The position numbers and the translations under genes are program-made. Below are positions 59,699 to 64,000 of a stretch of DNA of 64,000 bases, piece by piece. The stretch covers positions 9,492 to 73,491 of the IMG/VR virus record IMGVR_UViG_3300049846_002561; one strand, written 5' to 3'. Numbering within the stretch: the first letter of the stretch is position 1; each line of letters begins with the position of its first letter. The notes under the pieces are model-generated. The model worked only from the letters and a program-made list of their open reading frames with translations, searched no databases and had not been told where the DNA came from. The stretch is from a virus.

Positions 59699-60394
59699 TT
59701 ATTTTACGGCGTACAATAGCCTTGTGTTATCTTTCACTCGTTCATAATACTCTGCAAAGATTTTTCTTGCATCCTCGATTCTGTGTACGGGTGCCAGTAG
59801 GTACACGTGTACACAAAAGACGTTGGACGTTTCGCACACTTGCTCCTGCGTCTTTATCCCCCTGCTCTCTAGGTAGGCCTTGGCTTCATTCAATTCCTTC
59901 TCCCGCACGTTTGAGGGGCATGGGCTATCTTCGAACATGCCCGTATCGTTCGCCCCGCACACGGCGTATTTAGGCTCTGAGTATCCGCGCCACCCGTCCG
60001 TTTTTACGTATCGCGTCTCTGTACTGAATACGTTGTATTTCTTGGTGTTCGTATCGGGATCTATTGCGGGGGCTTTAGCGCCCTTCACCCGTACCCATTC
60101 ACCGCCCCACTCTTTACCGTTCAGGAACCATTTGCACTTGGCCTGATTGATTGATACGGAAGGTAGGCCGTTCAGGTATTTTTTTGTGGTCATTGACCCT
60201 GCAATTTCTGTTCCGTTGTATTTTGAGTAGGTCACATATCCACCGTTGGATATGTACAGCCCCCCGTTCTTCCATTCAGCAATTAGATTGCCATGGTAAA
60301 ACAGTTGCTTGCCTGTACTGATGACGGCGCCGTTCTTTTTTGCTTTGCCCTCAGCGAAGGCCTCCACTGCTGAATTTTGGTTTCTTGAATACAT
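59699..60394 (-). CDS. hypothetical early protein
   Basis: YHGNLIA...TTKKYLN N-terminal pattern. Confidence 0.6.
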   Translation of the reverse strand: MYSRNQNSAVEAFAEGKAKKNGAVISTGKQLFYHGNLIAEWKNGGLYISNGGYVTYSKYNGTEIAGSMTTKKYLNGLPSVSINQAKCKWFLNGKEWGGEWVRVKGAKAPAIDPDTNTKKYNVFSTETRYVKTDGWRGYSEPKYAVCGANDTGMFEDSPCPSNVREKELNEAKAYLESRGIKTQEQVCETSNVFCVHVYLLAPVHRIEDARKIFAEYYERVKDNTRLLYAVK

Positions 60395-60412
60395 GGTGTT
60401 TATTTTTTACTG

Positions 60413-61000
60413 TTAATAGCTTAGTGCTGTTCTTCTGTTCAATGGCACCCTGTTAAGTATCCATTTTTTGAGTTTTTGGAAGTGCAAGTGAATGCAGTGG
60501 CTTTGTGCATTCTTTAGCATCCTTTGCCCCTCCTCCTGTGCGTATTCTTCGCCGTATATGCCACTCAGTGAGTCCACGGCGTCCCCTTGCTCGTCTTCAA
60601 TGGTGCATGTCCACACGTCACCGCTGAGGTATTGATTCCATTCATTAACGATGCTTTGGCCTACCTTTTCCGCCTGTTTAGTGGTCCACTGTCCCGCTGT
60701 TCTTTTCACCAGTACAAAGCCAGTGGATGATACGTCCCAGCGGTCATTAAATGGATATCCTGAGCGGGACATGCTCAGGGATACACCGGAATGTATGTAT
60801 GCATAGAGGGGGAAGGCATAATATCCCTTGTATACCCTTTTTCCGGCCTGTAGGTGTTCGAAGATGTCGCGGGGGCTGAATCCCTTTCTGTCCACTGTGA
60901 ATTGACGGTGGTCATATACTATGAATACGTCATCATTGCCCCAAAAGTCTGGGGACTCGGGGTATTCGTCCCTCTCTATTTTTAGCGTGTATTTTTTCAT
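60413..61000 (-). CDS. conserved phage/mobile-element hypothetical protein
   Basis: PLYAYIHSG...RWDVS..G...YLSGDVW...DS..GIYG. Confidence 0.65.
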   Translation of the reverse strand: MKKYTLKIERDEYPESPDFWGNDDVFIVYDHRQFTVDRKGFSPRDIFEHLQAGKRVYKGYYAFPLYAYIHSGVSLSMSRSGYPFNDRWDVSSTGFVLVKRTAGQWTTKQAEKVGQSIVNEWNQYLSGDVWTCTIEDEQGDAVDSLSGIYGEEYAQEEGQRMLKNAQSHCIHLHFQKLKKWILNRVPLNRRTALSY

Positions 61001-61108
61001 GGCTTTATGCTTTAATGGTTAACAGGTCATTATTGACCCAGAATTGATAGTATTTAATGCCGTTTACATGGAATATGTTAATAGGCTTCAGTGGTTCAGT
61101 TGGTTTGT

Positions 61109-61399
61109 TCATGGTTTGTAAAATTTTAGGTATTTGAACTCTCTTTTAAACTCTGATAACTCGCATGAGCTAACAAACCCTTGCATGTACAGTTCGCCCC
61201 TTCCGTTAAAGGGAATATAAAAGACATGGGTTACTGTCCTTTTTTTTATCGAGCTGTAGTAAGGGATTACATTAGTGACTCGGGCAAAGGTAAAGACCTC
61301 TTTAAAGCCGTCGGGCCATTTTTGATAATTGAAGGACTCGGGGCGCTTGGCCCTAAATATGGCGCCACTCTGAATGTCGGATTTTTTGATAGTGTTCAT
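61109..61399 (-). CDS. hypothetical early protein
   Basis: in operon. Confidence 0.55.
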   Translation of the reverse strand: MNTIKKSDIQSGAIFRAKRPESFNYQKWPDGFKEVFTFARVTNVIPYYSSIKKRTVTHVFYIPFNGRGELYMQGFVSSCELSEFKREFKYLKFYKP

Positions 61400-61563
61400 G
61401 GCTTACTGTTGTTAAAGTAAAACGTATGTAGGTCATTTACTAGGCCTACAGGATCAGGGGCGTTATTTAGCGTATCAATGAGCGTGGCCCGTAGGCGCTC
61501 AATGCTCTTTTCCTTGCTTATCAGTTCTATTACAAGGTCAAATTTTTGGACGTCTTCATTCAT
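61396..61563 (-). CDS. small hypothetical protein (55 aa, not in the ORF track)
   Basis: MNEDVQKFDLV...NNSKP*; ATGA overlap with the next gene. Confidence 0.55.
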   Translation of the reverse strand: MNEDVQKFDLVIELISKEKSIERLRATLIDTLNNAPDPVGLVNDLHTFYFNNSKP

Positions 61564-61576
61564 GGCGGGGGAATTG

Positions 61577-61750
61577 TCAAAGGTTAGGCACTAGATTGAA
61601 TTTGTACAGTATGGCCACGGTCACGGCCAAGGCAAGGCCAAGGGCTGCCAAGTACAGGTAACCACGTTCAATGGCTTTGGTCTCTACTTTTGCGGGTTCA
61701 ATGTTCGCTAGTTCTCTGAGAACGGCGGAGCTGTTTAATGTTGTTTTCAT
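61577..61750 (-). CDS. small membrane protein (57 aa), first gene of the early operon
   Basis: MKTTLNSS...YLYLAALGLALAVTVAILY... Confidence 0.55.
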   Translation of the reverse strand: MKTTLNSSAVLRELANIEPAKVETKAIERGYLYLAALGLALAVTVAILYKFNLVPNL

Positions 61751-61834
61751 GGTGTTTAGGTTTTATTTGTTAAAATTAGCCCCGCTGTCCAATCGAATGG
61801 CACGGCTGAAACCGAGCGGGTCACACTCTATTAT

Positions 61835-61924
61835 CCCTTAGTGCTCAGGAGTGTATCTACTCATCTAAGGGTGCATTCTATTTAATCCCTAGTGCTCAGT
61901 GAATGCCTAACTACTCATCTAGGG
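61835..61924 (-). repeat. two tandem related hairpins in the early leader
   Basis: CCCT(T)AG-ATGAGTAG-var-CTGAGCA-CT(A)AGGG at 61835-61871 and 61887-61924. Confidence 0.75.
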
Positions 61925-62290
61925 TCATGGTATCGAAACGGGGGGAAACCTTAATGTAAGGCACCCCCTATAGATATAGTCTTTAATCTTTCTCATAATT
62001 GAGAACCCACCCTAAACCGCTTAGCCATGGGATACGCTTTTTCGTGCATTTAAAACGACTCAGCCAAACTATAAAGGCTTTAATGAGTCATTGGGTCTAT
62101 TAATCCCCCACTCGGTTATTCAGCATGTCAATGAACCTAGATACTACCTACCTGTAGACTGGATGCTTTAGTACGTGCCTCAATACCCTTCAGTCTCTTT
62201 CATACACTCAGCATCACCCGCCTATCATCTCATTCACTTAGTATCTCAAAGAACCTCTTTTCTATCTACCCTTCGAATCTTTCAACACTG

Positions 62291-62309
62291 TAAAGATACA
62301 ACATTTTTG
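62291..62309 (-). promoter_or_regulatory. leftward early promoter
   Basis: TATCTTTA box within an 18-mer shared with the rightward promoter. Confidence 0.65.
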
Positions 62310-62549
62310 AAGTAAATACAAGATTTTTGAAGTCTAAAACGTTTGTTAAAATGTAATGAGCTGAGAACCAATCATATTATTTTTAAAAAGGTTCAAATTT
62401 TTGTATATTTTATATCGTACTTGTGTTAAAAGAGCTAAATTATTTAGTGTAAATGAATAGGACAAATACATTGATAACCAATAATGTAGAACGCTATTTA
62501 GAATGAGTGTAAATAGTAAATGTTCGTGGAACACAGAAAAAACTATTTT

Positions 62550-62565
62550 GGTTCCACGTGGAACA
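62550..62565. promoter_or_regulatory. parS-like palindrome
   Basis: GGTTCCACGTGGAACA, 15/16 match to TGTTCCACGTGGAACA; extra CGTGGAACA half-sites at 62525 and 62570. Confidence 0.7.
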
Positions 62566-62594
62566 TCTCCGTGGAACATTTCCCCCGCCAATAG

Positions 62595-62622
62595 CATCAC
62601 GATAATTAACATTATGTTAAAT
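62595..62622 (+). other. dif-like XerCD recombination site
   Basis: CATCACGATAA-TTAACA-TTATGTTAAAT: perfect XerD arm, 6-bp spacer, left arm ending ATAA. Confidence 0.7.
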
Positions 62623-63023
62623 ACAATTACAACTATCTGATAATCACATTATTATAGGCGCTTACAAACGTTTGTACACGCATGCGGCACTGGTCACCCT
62701 TTCAAATTTAACATATAAGACCCTATTTTAACACTTTGACTTCCGAAACGGGGGAGGGGGGAGGGGGTTGATGGTACCTATACTCCCCCACGCACACCAA
62801 TATAAAAAGCTGTGGTCATTGAATTGATCCGGTTATGCGATTATGTGGTGAGGTGATTTGGGAATGGCAGTGGGGGGAGGGGTATTTAGGGTACCTGTAC
62901 TATTTTGGGGCGTAAAAGGGAGGCTTTACGCTGCCTTGGGGCATCTGAATTGTTAAAAAAATACACTTTTTTTGTATTTTTAGGCCCTTTGTCTCGAAAA
63001 TCCCCGGGGTGAGACAAAATTTA

Positions 63024-63055
63024 TTTGGTTTTTATACAAAAATGTTGTATCTTTG
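63024..63055 (+). promoter_or_regulatory. rightward Bacteroidota sigma-A promoter
   Basis: TTTG (-33), 20-nt spacer, TATCTTTG (-7). Confidence 0.75.
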
Positions 63056-63065
63056 TTGTCAGGAT

Positions 63066-63356
63066 ATGGAATTTAACAGAATAATAGTGAAAGTGGTTGA
63101 GGATCGGCGTCGTGCTCTTGGTATTACGGGGGCGGAGATGGCGTTGATGCTTGGGGTAAAGCCTTCGCAGTACAGTAACATAGTTGTTGGGCGCAGTAAC
63201 CTGTCTTTGGATCAGATGGAGCGTGCTTTTAGGGGCTTGGGCCTGGAGATGATGGTTACCAGGAGGGATAGCACGGTGGATGTGAAGGATGGGCTGGTGG
63301 TGGTGCGCGGTGAGGGCTTTCCGGTTAACGTAAGTAGGGAATGGCAGGGGGCATAG
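63066..63356 (+). CDS. XRE-family HTH regulator
   Basis: RRRALGITGAEMALMLGVKPSQYSNIVVG..NLSL; start reassigned to ATG 63066. Confidence 0.8.
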   Translation: MEFNRIIVKVVEDRRRALGITGAEMALMLGVKPSQYSNIVVGRSNLSLDQMERAFRGLGLEMMVTRRDSTVDVKDGLVVVRGEGFPVNVSREWQGA

Positions 63357-63673
63357 GTGATATTTTTAGGGAGCGCCGGGAGCTGATGGGCTTGACGGTG
63401 GAGCACGTGTGCCTGGCCACAGGTATCTCCCCGCTGAAGATGCGTAGCATAGAGAATGGGCGTGACCGCAAGGTGGGGACGGGCGCCCTGCAGGTGCTGA
63501 TGGACCTATACGGGCTCAAGCTATCGGTGGCCGACGAGGTGGAGCGCCCCCGGGTGCTGGCGGCGGAGTTCTACCGGCACTGCCGGGAGTGTGGCCGCAT
63601 GCGCATGATCGGCACCATGTGCAAGAATCCACGCACCGGTGAATGTGATAATAACCCAGACTTCTTTTTATAA
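63341..63673 (+). CDS. XRE-family HTH regulator with a C-terminal Cys cluster
   Basis: RRELMGLT.EHV...TGIS...RSIENG; CRECG..C...C. Confidence 0.75.
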   Translation: MAGGIGDIFRERRELMGLTVEHVCLATGISPLKMRSIENGRDRKVGTGALQVLMDLYGLKLSVADEVERPRVLAAEFYRHCRECGRMRMIGTMCKNPRTGECDNNPDFFL

Positions 63674-63798
63674 TGGAAACGCCAATGGATCTATTCGAAT
63701 ACCTCAATGAGCATAGAGTGTGGACCGTGATAAGCATGGTCTTTATCTTCCTCTGCTCTTCTGTTAGATTAAACTTTAATGTTAACAAACATGACTGA
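63673..63798 (+). CDS. small membrane peptide (41 aa)
   Basis: TAATG coupling; one hydrophobic segment. Confidence 0.45.
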   Translation: METPMDLFEYLNEHRVWTVISMVFIFLCSSVRLNFNVNKHD

Positions 63799-64000
63799 CG
63801 GTAAAGCGGTGTTAGCGGCTGGCTGGATTCCCGTAGCCGAAAAATTGCCCCCTGAACACGAAAAGGTACTGGTTCAATTTGGCGACCAAAACATTCTTAT
63901 TGGCATAATGGATTCTAATGACCAATGGGCAATTTTTTGGAGTGATGGACTAAACGCTGATGACCCTGACCGTCCGATTGATTATTGGATGCCGTTGCCA
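63791..64000 (+). CDS. DUF551-like protein (truncated by the window end)
   Basis: GWIPVAEKLP...VLV...YWMPLP. Confidence 0.75.
   Translation, partial: MTDGKAVLAAGWIPVAEKLPPEHEKVLVQFGDQNILIGIMDSNDQWAIFWSDGLNADDPDRPIDYWMPLP

Noticed and set aside
61835-61924. Mini CRISPR array
   Set aside because: Only two units, with the variation inside the repeat and a 15-nt gap; they behave as tandem RNA hairpins.
1-64000. Stop-codon reassignment as seen in some crAss-like phages
   Set aside because: Long genes are intact and densely packed under the standard code, and no suppressor tRNA was seen.

Overview
This window is a large part of a tailed dsDNA phage genome. The host is most likely Bacteroidota, given many TAnnTTTG -7 promoter boxes and AT-rich starts without Shine-Dalgarno sequences. 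The virion module has a podovirus/crAss-like gene order: terminase, portal, scaffold, major capsid, ring/tail and muzzle proteins, ejection proteins, Cys-rich tail/fibre proteins and lysis genes (+ strand, 9.2-42.8 kb). A replication/recombination and early-gene arm runs on the - strand (42.9-62.3 kb): SSB, VRR-NUC, primase-helicase, beta clamp, SNF2, ATPase, PD-(D/E)XK nuclease and RNase H. A glycosyltransferase cluster occupies 1-6.9 kb and a divergent control region 62.3-63.0 kb. No DNA polymerase, RNA polymerase, integrase, parB or smpB is recognisable in the window. Most notable: (1) a circularly permuted, very small two-piece tmRNA gene whose intervening segment folds into a degenerate tRNA-like cloverleaf; (2) a chromosome-type parS palindrome next to a dif-like XerCD site in the control region; (3) a single GT2-GT6-GT11-GT7 polyprotein resembling an ABO/H-antigen assembly line, with an A_AAA_AAG plus hairpin -1 frameshift signal at the first domain junction; (4) a RelA/SpoT-like domain inside the 2588-aa ejection protein. 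All calls come from reading motifs by eye; no database searches or folding programs were run.
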